DNA from: Pseudomonadota bacterium
Lineage (GTDB): Bacteria; Pseudomonadota; Alphaproteobacteria; Rhizobiales; Hyphomicrobiaceae
DNA length: 64,000 bases
Assembly (NCBI GenBank): GCA_039186015.1
Contig: JBCDAH010000002.1
Coordinates: 4,601-68,600 of the forward strand
Reading direction: 5' to 3'
A program made the position numbers and the translations under genes. Below the pieces are notes generated by a model that saw only the letters and a program-made list of their open reading frames with translations, ran no database searches and was not told the origin of the DNA. Below, piece by piece: positions 19,205-28,724 of the stretch (the first letter of the stretch is position 1; each line of letters begins with the position of its first letter).

Positions 19205-20521
19205 CTAAACGCGGACTTGCATAGGCAGTCGCGTCAGTCGGGCCGTTGCGCGGGTCCGGCCGAAGATGGTCAGCGCAATGCCGGCAAGGCCGCCGATCGC
19301 TTGAAGCAGCGCCGTGGCATGCGTACCGATCTGCGCAATCATTTCGGTTGTGATCTCCAATCCAAACAATGGCGCCGCGACCGGCAGAACGGTCGACAGG
19401 AACGTCAGCAAGACGCCGCGAATTGTCAGCGACTCCCCCCACCACTTTTCCTCGACCGGCGGGTTGGTCTGCTCAGGTTCTGGTGTACTCACGTTTTGGC
19501 CTCCTGACTTTGCTGGTGAAGTTTGGGATTTGCGATGTGCCGCAAGCGCGGCGTTGCGCGTGGCATTGACGCGGTTCAGCCACCCGCGGCCGAACCGCCA
19601 AAAGTGGTGCAGCTCGCGGTAGCGGTCTGCGCGCAACTCGGCATAGCGCGCGATCAGTTCTGCAGGGTCAGCCGCACGTGCGGCACCGAGCGTGATCGGG
19701 CCAATCTCACCGTCTACCGTGACGTTCAGGGCCGTTTGCAGAATGCGAGCTGCGCCGGTGTGGCCGTGGTTCACGGAGGCATCGAAATGCATCAGATGAA
19801 CACCGCGCGGCATGTCCGCGGCGCGCGAAAGGCGCCAGTAGCGCGTGCGGTAGATCTGGGCGACCGTGTCGTCCGTGATGGCTTTGAGATCGGCAATCAA
19901 GGCCGCACGATTGCCGTCGCGCACTTCGGTCCCGCGATGGCGCGCATAGGTCGCCAGCGTGATGCCCTTGTTTGTCGGCCCACCGGGATCGTGCGGATCG
20001 TGCGTATAGCCGCCCTCCATCCGCAGGACATGTGCCAACGCCGCATCGAACGCGTCGTCGGTTGCGGTTACGCCCGACTGCACGTCACCGTCCGCCGAGG
20101 CGACACCGGACATGCGCAGGCCGAGAAGGCGCGAGCGCGGAAACCGGGCCACCGTGACGGCATTGCTTTGATTGCCGCCCAGAAGCCAGATGTGATCGCG
20201 GGTTTCGCCCACTACAAAGCCGACATGGCCCGCCCGCGGGTTCGTGCCGCGTGAGAGCACCGCGACAGCACCCCAGTGCGCGGTATCAACGGCGACGCCC
20301 CAGTCCATGTACGATCGCGCGCGCAGCGAGCCTGTTGCAGCCGTCCCGGATCGCGCCAGGCATGCTCCGACAAACGCGGCGCACCATGGCACTTCGTCGT
20401 CACGAACACTGGCGTGACCTGCATCGCGATAGAACGCAACAATCACGGGATTGTCGGCGTCACCTGCCGCTTCGTGCACGCCGAAGTGACGCCAGGCATG
20501 GTGCATCCATGCTGGTTGCAT
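19205..20521 (-). CDS. multi-domain peptidoglycan hydrolase: TIGR02594-like (NlpC/P60-related) + GH108 + PG_binding_3 + C-terminal TM helices
   Basis: N-terminal part: DDEVPWCAAFVGACL...GHVGFVVGE...LLGGNQSNAV (TIGR02594 pattern). Middle part: LRMEGGYTHDPHDPGGPTNKGIT (GH108) and VDGEIGPITLGA...FGRGWLNRV (PG_binding_3). The C-terminus carries two hydrophobic helices (IRGVLLTFLSTVLPVAAPLFGL; ALLQAIGGLAGIALTIFG). Confidence 0.8.
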   Translation of the reverse strand: MQPAWMHHAWRHFGVHEAAGDADNPVIVAFYRDAGHASVRDDEVPWCAAFVGACLARSGTAATGSLRARSYMDWGVAVDTAHWGAVAVLSRGTNPRAGHVGFVVGETRDHIWLLGGNQSNAVTVARFPRSRLLGLRMSGVASADGDVQSGVTATDDAFDAALAHVLRMEGGYTHDPHDPGGPTNKGITLATYARHRGTEVRDGNRAALIADLKAITDDTVAQIYRTRYWRLSRAADMPRGVHLMHFDASVNHGHTGAARILQTALNVTVDGEIGPITLGAARAADPAELIARYAELRADRYRELHHFWRFGRGWLNRVNATRNAALAAHRKSQTSPAKSGGQNVSTPEPEQTNPPVEEKWWGESLTIRGVLLTFLSTVLPVAAPLFGLEITTEMIAQIGTHATALLQAIGGLAGIALTIFGRTRATARLTRLPMQVRV

Positions 20522-20572
20522 AGCAGTTCTCCTGAGTTGACGATGTTCGGCAGGCCGGTGGTCGATCGACGG

Positions 20573-23500
20573 TCAGAGCGCCGCGCGGGCTGGCGCGCCG
20601 CGTCCCCACGTCTCGGAGAGCTGATAGACGACGCAGGTCAGCGGTCGCGGCAGGGTCGTGAAGTCAGCTGCGATCGACGCGGCGTCGTAGATCACCGACG
20701 GCTCGTCTGTCGTCAGCGTTCGCACGACGTCTGAGCCGCTCAGAATGTCGACCTCGTAGGCCTCGGTGGTTTCGCCCAATGGGACATCGATCTGGTCCCA
20801 GCTGTCGCCACCGAGGCGGGTGCGGCGTATCCAACTGATATGGAGGTCGCCGGCAACCCTGTGGCCGCGGACGTGGACTGGCGAGAGCGGGCGACGAGCA
20901 AGGCCGCGAAATGCATGCTCCTGTACACCGAAGTGCGGTCCAAGAAGATCACGACCGCTCGCGCCGTATCGCCAAGTGAACGGGCGGCCGGTTTCGGCAG
21001 GACCGATCGCAAGCTGCGCCACACGAGAATCGAGAACGACGATCCGAGCGCCCGCGGCAATGGTTGCGACCATATCGGCATCGGTGCCGGACTGACCGCG
21101 CAGCAGGGTCCCGAGCCGGTAGGCTTGCGCGCCGATCAAGTCCGCCGTCTTGAACTGGATGATCTCCCACGTATCCGGTGCGACCTCGATGGCCGCGGCG
21201 TTCGCACCCGAAAGCAGAGTTGTGCGGGTCACGGCTTCGAGCGTCCCGGAGGTCAGAATGACCTCGAGATGGTTCGCATGGTCGAAGCGCGCGAGCGGGC
21301 CGGACCCCAAGTCTGTTGTTGTCACGCCCATAATCGCTGGAACGGCAACACTCCGCTGATAGCCGTAGTTCACGCCGGCTTCCGACCGGTAGACGACGAC
21401 CGGCCCGGGCCAGGGGTTCTGCGCAATCGCGACGTAGCCGGCAGTATCCGACTCGTCACCGCGGAGGATCGGCAGATCCAGGAATGCAGCGTCCGGCGGG
21501 CCGACGACAACGTTGGAATTGGATGTCCCCGACCGCGTCGCGGACTGTCCCGTTTCGTACACAGACGCATCGATAGCGCGCGCTTCGATTGTTCGCGCGT
21601 TGTCGTCAGAGATTTTCGTAACGCGCATCATAGTTCGCAGGTCGCCGCTGTCGACGGCCACGAGATCTCCGGGCTCCAAGTTCAGACGACTTGGCGGCAA
21701 CGCAAACATCGCGCGTTCGCGTGCTGCCCACGTCTCATACAGCCAACTCTCCGCGATCTGGGTCGCCTGCGCGGTCTCCAACATCAGCGGAAGTTTCGCT
21801 TCCGATGTATGCAGGCTTGTCGTTGCCAGGCGCCGCGCTTCGGCGACCTGGGACCTATAGTCACCATCGGCGCCGATATAGGTGATCTTGACTGCAACCG
21901 GCAATTCGGTTTCCTGCGCGCGGGTCAGCGTCAAGACGTTCGCGCCAGGCTTGGCTTCAACCAATTCGCTTTGATTTGCGGTGACCACGACGGGGCCACT
22001 GCCCCGATGGCGAAACGCAAGCCGTCCTTCGCTCTCAATGCTGTCGAAAAAGAACGCATGTTCAAGCGGCTGCAGGGCACGGCGCCCGGACATGATTGTG
22101 TTGACGAGCAGGCCCGGAACACTGCCGTGCAAGTCGATCTCGGTCCCGCCGTTATACCCGTTGTCGGCCAAGAGAGTGGCCACGACATCATCCAGCGGCA
22201 TATTCGCCATGCGCCCATTCAGCCAGTGGCCGTACTGCCAATTGGCGCCATCCGACCACGTGGCGGTGTCATATGGAAATGCCGGGAACGGGCGGGCATC
22301 CCATGCGTAAACATAAATGCGGTCGCGATCGACCATGCGCGCGCCATAAACCGACGAGACGGGATTGACGTCGCTGCGCGCGTCCGGATGGTCCGGATCG
22401 AAGGCCTCGATCAGCGCCTGCACATAGCGGCGCTGCATGGTGTCGTCGCGCCGGCCGACGGAAAAGTGCGGAAAGAACGACTCGGAACTCTTGGGATCGT
22501 AAAACACGTTCGGTTGGTTGGCGCCGTTGTCGACGGCAGGACAGCCGACCTCGGTCAACCAAATCGGTTTCGATTCCGGGATCCATGATGTCGGCGTTGC
22601 GCGTTCGACCCCGCCGGGGCGATCGTAGTGCGGGTTGGACCACCACGCCTGCAGAGCCTTTGCGCGAAACACCCACGGTTTCCCGGCGGCACCATCCGTG
22701 ATCGGTGTCCGGACCTGCGCGTTGCGATCTGCGTCACTGGCGTAGTACCAGTCGTAGTATTCGCCGCCGTCAATGTTCGCCTTGAGATAGTCGAGGTCGT
22801 ACACACTGCGCGCAAACGCGGCATCCGCATGACCAGCATTTTCGCGCCAGTCACTCAAAGGCCAGTAGAGGTCGATACTCACGGCGTCGATGTTAGATGC
22901 AGCCCAGAGCGGGTCGAGGTGAAAGAAGACGTCGCCGCTGCCGTCATCGGGGTGATGGCCGAAGTACTCCGACCAGTCGGCCGCATAGCTGATCTTGGTG
23001 CTAGGCCCGAGCACCGCGCGGACATCATCAGCCAAGGTACGCAGCGCGGCAACGAACGGATAGCTCTCGGCGCCGTCGCGCACCTGGGTCAACCCGCGCA
23101 GCTCGCTTCCTAGCAGGAACGTATCAACGCCGCCGGCGATGGCCGCGACATGTGCGTAGTGCAGGACGAAGCGCCTTAGCGACCATTCGTTCGGACCGCT
23201 ATAGACAACAGCGCCGTTACGGATATTGAAGTCACTGACAGCCGCCGAGCCAACCAGTGCCGCAACTTGCGCGCCGGCTGCAGCTGTGCGGTCTGGCGAG
23301 CCGGACACGCCGGGCGCGGGATCAACCGTGATACGCCCGCGCCAGGGATAAACCGGCTGCGACCGAGCCGGCGCGTATGGATCTGGAAGCGCGTTGTCCT
23401 GTGGGACGTCCATCAGAATGAACGGCGTAAACGTGACGGCCTTGCCCCGCGCGCGCAACTCACGGATGCCCTGAATGACGGACGCATCGCTTGGCGTTCC

Positions 23501-24529
23501 GCCATAAGCGGCACGTCCATCGATACGACTGATCACGTGCGCGGTAGAGCGGGAGCTGCCGGCCACGGACCACGTCATCGGCTGCGTGGATTTGCTCTTC
23601 GCATCGACCGCCGGCCTAATCCGGCAATGTTGCGCGCGCAGGTCGGTCCCAAACCAACTGACGACAAGCGACACGTGTTCGACATGCGGCAGCGCTTGAT
23701 CCATTTGATCCAGCGCACCTTGAAAGTCCGTGCCGGCGATGCGGGTGTGGACGTTCTCGGCAATTTCCAGCTCGCCGCTGCCTTTGCGTGTGACCGGCGT
23801 TGTTGCGAGCGAAAACTCACCCGTGCCCGGAATGAGAACGACGGCGCGCACGTTCTCGCTCAAATGATCGACGGCGCGGAACACTTCGAACTTGAACTGC
23901 GGAACACGCCTGCCGAACGGCTCCAGTGCGAACCGCTCGAACACGACATAGGCTGTTCCGCGGAATGCCGGCGTTTCGGTTCCAAGATGCGCGGCAATCA
24001 GGCTGTCGGGCATCTGCGTTTCACTGCCGTCGTAGACCCGATAAGCAATCTCAGACAGGTTCAGCTCAGTACTGTCGGCCCAGATGCGACCGACACCGCG
24101 GATTTCGCCTTCGCACAAGGCAACGGCGAACGTGGCGAAGTATGAGTAGGACGTCCGCGTGGTGGTCGACGAGCCGCCGCCGAACCCGCCCTTGCCGCTG
24201 CGTGTGCTGGTGGTTTCTGTCTCGACAACTTCTTCAACCTCTGCGGCCCAGATGATCTGGCCGCCGAGTTGCGCCCGGCCGTAAAGCCGCGGCAGTGTGG
24301 TACCCTCACTGGAACCGGTGACAGAGACATCGTCCAGACGCGGCCCCTTGTAGGCGGGGACCTGTCCAGATGCGCCAAACAACGCCTGGTCGATGACGGA
24401 TCCTGCAAGGGCGCCAACCTGCGCACCGATCGTTGCGCCCGTCAAAGTCGTACCAAACAGCGTGACGCCGGCCGGCAAGACCGCCGAGCCAACGGAGGCA
24501 CCGACTGCGGCAAGTGCAAGTGTCGCCAT
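20573..24529 (-). CDS. GTA g15-like host specificity / baseplate megaprotein (TIM-barrel-like glycoside hydrolase + phage-tail domains)
   Basis: About 1318 aa, matching the size, position and Gly-rich N-terminus (MATLALAAVGASVGS...) of RcGTA g15 homologues. The start ATG overlaps the g14 stop (TAATG). Confidence 0.8.
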   Translation of the reverse strand: MATLALAAVGASVGSAVLPAGVTLFGTTLTGATIGAQVGALAGSVIDQALFGASGQVPAYKGPRLDDVSVTGSSEGTTLPRLYGRAQLGGQIIWAAEVEEVVETETTSTRSGKGGFGGGSSTTTRTSYSYFATFAVALCEGEIRGVGRIWADSTELNLSEIAYRVYDGSETQMPDSLIAAHLGTETPAFRGTAYVVFERFALEPFGRRVPQFKFEVFRAVDHLSENVRAVVLIPGTGEFSLATTPVTRKGSGELEIAENVHTRIAGTDFQGALDQMDQALPHVEHVSLVVSWFGTDLRAQHCRIRPAVDAKSKSTQPMTWSVAGSSRSTAHVISRIDGRAAYGGTPSDASVIQGIRELRARGKAVTFTPFILMDVPQDNALPDPYAPARSQPVYPWRGRITVDPAPGVSGSPDRTAAAGAQVAALVGSAAVSDFNIRNGAVVYSGPNEWSLRRFVLHYAHVAAIAGGVDTFLLGSELRGLTQVRDGAESYPFVAALRTLADDVRAVLGPSTKISYAADWSEYFGHHPDDGSGDVFFHLDPLWAASNIDAVSIDLYWPLSDWRENAGHADAAFARSVYDLDYLKANIDGGEYYDWYYASDADRNAQVRTPITDGAAGKPWVFRAKALQAWWSNPHYDRPGGVERATPTSWIPESKPIWLTEVGCPAVDNGANQPNVFYDPKSSESFFPHFSVGRRDDTMQRRYVQALIEAFDPDHPDARSDVNPVSSVYGARMVDRDRIYVYAWDARPFPAFPYDTATWSDGANWQYGHWLNGRMANMPLDDVVATLLADNGYNGGTEIDLHGSVPGLLVNTIMSGRRALQPLEHAFFFDSIESEGRLAFRHRGSGPVVVTANQSELVEAKPGANVLTLTRAQETELPVAVKITYIGADGDYRSQVAEARRLATTSLHTSEAKLPLMLETAQATQIAESWLYETWAARERAMFALPPSRLNLEPGDLVAVDSGDLRTMMRVTKISDDNARTIEARAIDASVYETGQSATRSGTSNSNVVVGPPDAAFLDLPILRGDESDTAGYVAIAQNPWPGPVVVYRSEAGVNYGYQRSVAVPAIMGVTTTDLGSGPLARFDHANHLEVILTSGTLEAVTRTTLLSGANAAAIEVAPDTWEIIQFKTADLIGAQAYRLGTLLRGQSGTDADMVATIAAGARIVVLDSRVAQLAIGPAETGRPFTWRYGASGRDLLGPHFGVQEHAFRGLARRPLSPVHVRGHRVAGDLHISWIRRTRLGGDSWDQIDVPLGETTEAYEVDILSGSDVVRTLTTDEPSVIYDAASIAADFTTLPRPLTCVVYQLSETWGRGAPARAAL

Positions 24530-24978
24530 TACTCTCGAACCTCGGGAAATGCGAACACGCCGGCAATGCGCCGTCGCCACCAGGACGCCAGATCAATCTC
24601 GGCAACCGGCGCACCTTCAACGGCGTGAACGAATTGATCCACGTTTGTGAGAATGCCCACGTGCTTCGCGGGCCAGTGCGCACGATAGCGAAAGACGACA
24701 ACGTCGCCGCCGGCACGATCGGCAATCGGCACGGGCCTGAGATGGCGCACCGCGGCTGCGAGCAAGGGTTCGTCACCGCGCGCCTCGGCCCAGTCACGAC
24801 TATAGGCGGGCGGTCGCTCGGCATCTTCGCCGTAAAGTTCACGCCAGACCCCGCGCACCAAACCGAGGCAGTCCGTGCCAAAGCCGCGCGCACTCGCCTG
24901 ATGATGATACGGCGTGCCAATCCAGGCGCGGGCGCAAGCGATCACACGCGCACGCGTGACTGGCCTCGGCTCGGACAT
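24529..24978 (-). CDS. GTA g14-like NlpC/P60 cell-wall peptidase
   Basis: WIGTPYHHQASARGFGTDCLGLVRGVW contains the NlpC/P60 catalytic Cys context. About 150 aa. An alternative GTG start lies at 25008. Confidence 0.75.
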   Translation of the reverse strand: MSEPRPVTRARVIACARAWIGTPYHHQASARGFGTDCLGLVRGVWRELYGEDAERPPAYSRDWAEARGDEPLLAAAVRHLRPVPIADRAGGDVVVFRYRAHWPAKHVGILTNVDQFVHAVEGAPVAEIDLASWWRRRIAGVFAFPEVRE

Positions 24979-25024
24979 CCTGTCTGATCCATCACGGTTG
25001 GAGTTCACGACGTCAGCGGTTCCC

Positions 25025-25882
25025 TTATCGGCCGGCGGCCCGGATCAGCAGATCCGTACCCGGGATGTTGGGAAAGCCACGGAAATTGATCGCATTCGAG
25101 AACTTGTTTGCGCACGTTGCGATCTGCTTGTCGCATCCGGCTGTGAGCACGAAGGTATCGCTGACGACAGCCGGTCGCGGCGGCGCGCGCCACAGTTCGA
25201 TCGTCACGATGCCGGTGTCGACGACGTGATGCTTCACTTCAATCGCGATGTCCGGGTTCGCGCCGCTGGTGAAGGTGAGCAGACCGCGCGTAAACCAGCC
25301 CGACTCCTGTACGGCCAGGCCATCGACGGCGAACTTGCGATCATGAATGACATTGATGACGCCGCCCACGACCCGGTAGGTGCTCGCCGTCAAGTCGACA
25401 CGGCAGCGATGATCACCAACATCGGCGTCGCAACTGTATTGGAGCAACCGTCCATTGGGCTGCTGAAGATAATGCGCCAGCCCGCGCACTTCGGCGACAA
25501 ACTCCAGATTGCCGCGCTTGACTTCACCCACACTTCCCGATCGCATCAGAACGTGCTGATCCGTATCGGCCCAGTTGACACGATACACGTCAACGGCAGC
25601 GTCATCGTAGAGGCCAGCAGCGAGATCCTCAGGCGTCAGGCGATCGGACGTCAGCGCGCCAGTTACGTCCAAGTTATCGACGTTCAACCCGACGCTCTCC
25701 TGGAGTTCTGTCGCGCTAAGCCCGCTTGCGGCTTCGTACGTCACCCCGCCGAATGTCACATCGCGATCGTGGTCCGTGAAGCCCAGAACGGTGCCGTCGC
25801 GCCGCGCGACGCGCCAGCACCAACACAGCGTCGTCGCACCGGTTTCGAGATGCGCCGTCATGTCGTCCGAGAGGTTTTTCAC
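25025..25882 (-). CDS. GTA g13-like hub protein (DUF2163 + phage BR0599-like)
   Basis: MTAHLETGATTLCWCWRVARRDGTVLGFTDHDRD is the DUF2163 N-terminal signature. The GTG at 25882 overlaps the g12 stop (GTGA). The 400-aa longest ORF is an artefactual extension. Confidence 0.75.
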   Translation of the reverse strand: MKNLSDDMTAHLETGATTLCWCWRVARRDGTVLGFTDHDRDVTFGGVTYEAASGLSATELQESVGLNVDNLDVTGALTSDRLTPEDLAAGLYDDAAVDVYRVNWADTDQHVLMRSGSVGEVKRGNLEFVAEVRGLAHYLQQPNGRLLQYSCDADVGDHRCRVDLTASTYRVVGGVINVIHDRKFAVDGLAVQESGWFTRGLLTFTSGANPDIAIEVKHHVVDTGIVTIELWRAPPRPAVVSDTFVLTAGCDKQIATCANKFSNAINFRGFPNIPGTDLLIRAAGR

Positions 25883-26517
25883 AGTCGGATCTCCGTGATC
25901 GGAATGCTGGGAATCGCGCCGTGCTGGATGCCGTTGACGTTGATCTCGAGCTTGTCCGTATTGAACCGCACCGGCACATCGAATTCGAAGCCGGCCGTCA
26001 CGATCCCGCCAATCGCCGGAATGTGGCCGTCGGCAAATGTCACAACGCCGGACAAGGGGTCGACGGCAAACTGCGTGCCTTCGATCTGTTCCGACCCATC
26101 GACCGCCACGATCACCGTACCGGCGACCGGCTTTGCAATCGAACGTTGCCAGCGCGTCGGCCCGGTACCGTAGGTCTTCACAAGCTGAAACGACGCCGTC
26201 ACGCCGTCGCCGGTTCCGATTTCGCAATCTGACGACTGCGGTGTCGCCGACGGCGGGCAGGACTTCCAGTCGGTTGGATCACGCCAGCGAAACCCGAACA
26301 ACTGCCCGCGCCGCTCCTCGAAAAACGCAATCACGGCATGCAGATCGTTCAACGACCGCACGCCGTAGCCGGCGTTGTAGGTCCGCCGCGAGTCCTGCCA
26401 CCGGCTGTTGCGCTCTTCATACCCCGAACCCAGAACGACCACGTCGGTTCGCCGTTCGGGTCCGCCGCTTGCCTTCAACGAGATGCCCGTCGGAAAGCGA
26501 ACTTCGTGAAAGCTCAT
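25879..26517 (-). CDS. GTA g12-like distal tail protein (DUF2460)
   Basis: MSFHEVRFPTGISLKASGGPERRTDVV is the conserved DUF2460 N-terminus. 212 aa. Confidence 0.8.
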   Translation of the reverse strand: MSFHEVRFPTGISLKASGGPERRTDVVVLGSGYEERNSRWQDSRRTYNAGYGVRSLNDLHAVIAFFEERRGQLFGFRWRDPTDWKSCPPSATPQSSDCEIGTGDGVTASFQLVKTYGTGPTRWQRSIAKPVAGTVIVAVDGSEQIEGTQFAVDPLSGVVTFADGHIPAIGGIVTAGFEFDVPVRFNTDKLEINVNGIQHGAIPSIPITEIRL

Positions 26518-26561
26518 CGTGATTTGGCCCTACGTTTCGCGCGCCATAAACCTGAGGTGCG

Positions 26562-27218
26562 CTAGAGGTTGCGCTCGCCCTGCGCGACCATGCGGTTGAG
26601 CATCGACGCCAGCTGAGATTCAGAGCGCCGGAAGCTGTCGACATCCGTCGCGGTGACATTGAAGGTTACGTTCATGCCGCCGGCCCCGCTGCCCGCGCGC
26701 ACGCCGAGATTGCCGTCCGCGCCGCGGGCCAGTGGCAAGATGGCTTCAGGACCGCTTTCGCCCATCAGGCCGGTTTGCGCACCTGAGAGGGGAAACAAAG
26801 ACGGGGCTGAGACAACGCCACCACGGGCAAACGGCACCGGCATTGCCTGGCTGATCACACCGCCACCAGGGGCAAACAGCATCGGCATTCCCTGGCCGAT
26901 CACACCGCCATTCGCGGACTGGAAAAGCGACCCGAACATACCGGTCAGCGAGTTCGAGACGGCGGTCTCCAAGGGCTTGAACGCGGCCTTGAGAATGGAA
27001 TCGGAAATGTTCAGCATCAGCTTCTTGAACGACTCGCCGAGTGTTTTGAGCGACGCACTCGCGTCACGTCCCAGCACAGCAATGCTGAGCAGATCTTTGC
27101 TCAGCGTTGTCCCGAATTCCGCAAGCTGCTTGCTTGCTTTCGTGAGTGCGGCGTCGAAGTTTGCGCGACCCGCTTCAATCTCGGCCGCCATATCGCGATC
27201 GTCGGGCGTAACAACCAT
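26562..27218 (-). CDS. GTA g11-like short tail tape measure protein
   Basis: 218 aa, with an alpha-helical N-terminal half and a Gly-rich C-terminal half. Its position between the chaperones and g12 and its short length are characteristic of RcGTA-type particles. Confidence 0.7.
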   Translation of the reverse strand: MVVTPDDRDMAAEIEAGRANFDAALTKASKQLAEFGTTLSKDLLSIAVLGRDASASLKTLGESFKKLMLNISDSILKAAFKPLETAVSNSLTGMFGSLFQSANGGVIGQGMPMLFAPGGGVISQAMPVPFARGGVVSAPSLFPLSGAQTGLMGESGPEAILPLARGADGNLGVRAGSGAGGMNVTFNVTATDVDSFRRSESQLASMLNRMVAQGERNL

Positions 27219-27221
27219 GTC

Positions 27222-27467
27222 TCACTCCGTGCAGACGTTTGGAGGCGTATCCGGATGGGCCGCCATCATCTCACGCAGCTCTGCACGTGTCGGTGGCTCG
27301 GATTGCGCTGAGGATCCCGGCGGGCGAAGGGCCGCAAAGAGTTCCCGTGGTGTCATCGACCAGAAGGCCGACGGGGAAAGTTTGAGCACGCCGAAACCCA
27401 GGCTCATGATGTCGGCCCAGGGAAAGGGTCCGGTTCGCGCGGCTCCGCGTCCTTCGTGGTCTGGCAT
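27222..27467 (-). CDS. GTA g10.1-like tail assembly chaperone (rcc01693 family)
   Basis: FPWADIMSLGFGVLKLSPSAFWSMTPRELFAAL matches the conserved small GTA/phage chaperone family. Overlaps the 3' end of g10 by 64 nt in another frame. Confidence 0.65.
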   Translation of the reverse strand: MPDHEGRGAARTGPFPWADIMSLGFGVLKLSPSAFWSMTPRELFAALRPPGSSAQSEPPTRAELREMMAAHPDTPPNVCTE

Positions 27468-27808
27468 TGTCCGCTTGGTGGCGATGCGGCAGCATCACCG
27501 GGCTCGCCGAACGTTGCGCTTAGCAGCTGCGCAACAACGCTGACGCATCCCGCAACGCCGTTTTCGGCGCGCATGCTGGCGACAACATCATCAGAAATGT
27601 CGTGCCCGGCCCCACGCAACCCGGCGCCAATGACGCGAATGGCATCGCGGGCGCCAAGACGGCCCGAAGCGAACCGTTCGGCCAATGCGACCATGCTATC
27701 GTGCCCAAACGCGGTCTCCAGTTCCGCGAGAGCACCCAGCGTCAGACACAGCGAATAGGTCTTGCCGTCAAAGACGGCATCGATTTCACCACGGTGACGA
27801 TTTGCCAT
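27404..27808 (-). CDS. GTA g10-like tail assembly chaperone (gene transfer agent family protein)
   Basis: MANRHRGEIDAVFDGKTYSLCLTLGALAELE is the typical N-terminus of this family. GGAGG lies upstream of the ATG. Confidence 0.75.
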   Translation of the reverse strand: MANRHRGEIDAVFDGKTYSLCLTLGALAELETAFGHDSMVALAERFASGRLGARDAIRVIGAGLRGAGHDISDDVVASMRAENGVAGCVSVVAQLLSATFGEPGDAAASPPSGQCQTTKDAEPREPDPFPGPTS

Positions 27809-27852
27809 GCGGCCTCCAGTTACGCGTGTCGTTCACTGATCGCGGACGGGGA

Positions 27853-28260
27853 TTAGAGCGGTACGAATTCGAGCGGGCCGGCGGACTGAAGCGTGATCTC
27901 GAATGTCATCTCGCCGTCGTGATCGCCCTTGAACGCCAGCGCGGCAATCTGGAACGGCCCGGTGATGCTGCCAAAGTCCGGGATGATGATCTCCAGTGGC
28001 GGCACCTCGCCGTTAAAGAAGACCTCTCGCATGCGCGCATCACTGGCGGCATCCTTGAAGACACCGGTTCCCGCGATCTGAGCATTTTTGATGCCGCCGC
28101 CGGAGAGCAACTCGCGCCATTGGCCGACCGAATCCTGACTGGTCACATCAATGGTGGCGGCGTTGAACGTGATGTTGCGCGTGCGCAGTCCCGCGACGGT
28201 GACGAACGTGCCTTGATCGTCGATCTTCAAAAGAAGGTCTTTGCCCTTTTGCGCAGACAT
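27853..28260 (-). CDS. GTA g9-like major tail protein (TP901-1 family)
   Basis: 135 aa. KGKDLLLKIDDQGTFVTVAGLRTRNITFNAATIDVT is typical of the family. Confidence 0.8.
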   Translation of the reverse strand: MSAQKGKDLLLKIDDQGTFVTVAGLRTRNITFNAATIDVTSQDSVGQWRELLSGGGIKNAQIAGTGVFKDAASDARMREVFFNGEVPPLEIIIPDFGSITGPFQIAALAFKGDHDGEMTFEITLQSAGPLEFVPL

Positions 28261-28313
28261 GACCTGCCTCCCTCTGTGATGGTGCTGGCGTCAATTGGTG
28301 GGCGGATTGCGGG

Positions 28314-28724
28314 TCATGCGTTCGCCTCGGTGACGGCGCGGAGCTGGACCTGCCCGCGCCATCTCTCCCCGTCTGTTGTGCGACTGATTTTGGAACTGAC
28401 ATGCCGCAGGTTGATCAGCTGGAAACCATCCAGCGCGACCGATTGGTCATGCAGAACCCGGCGTATCGCCGCGATGATCTGCTGGACTTCGTAGCGCCCC
28501 GGTGCCATCGACCACACGTTGAGGATGACGTTGTGTGTGTGCCCGGTTTCCGTTCCGGTCGACCAGTCGGTCTCGGTCGAAATACCGAACGTCACGTAGG
28601 GGTGAGCCGTACCTTGAGGCACATCATCGAAGAGCTTGTCCCTGCCAAGTAACGCCCTAACACCCGGATCTGCCGTGAGCGCCTCATGAATTGCGACTTG
28701 CAGGGCCCAGGACGCGGTGCTCAT
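28314..28724 (-). CDS. GTA g8-like tail completion protein (DUF3168)
   Basis: WALQVAIHEALTADPGVRALLG...VPQGTAHPYVTFG is the DUF3168 pattern. ATGA overlap with the g7 stop. Confidence 0.7.
   Translation of the reverse strand: MSTASWALQVAIHEALTADPGVRALLGRDKLFDDVPQGTAHPYVTFGISTETDWSTGTETGHTHNVILNVWSMAPGRYEVQQIIAAIRRVLHDQSVALDGFQLINLRHVSSKISRTTDGERWRGQVQLRAVTEANA

Noticed and set aside
20840-22588. 582-aa plus-strand ORF
   Set aside because: It lies entirely antisense to the well-supported g15 gene. The composition is Arg/Gly/Pro-rich, as expected from reading a GC-rich gene backwards, and no motifs are present.
24914-26173. 419-aa plus-strand ORF, and the 5' extension of the minus-strand ORF up to 26227
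   Set aside because: The plus-strand ORF is antisense to g14/g13/g12. The 400-aa minus-strand ORF is an upstream extension of g13 in the wrong frame relative to g12. The true g13 start is the GTG at 25882, coupled to the g12 stop.
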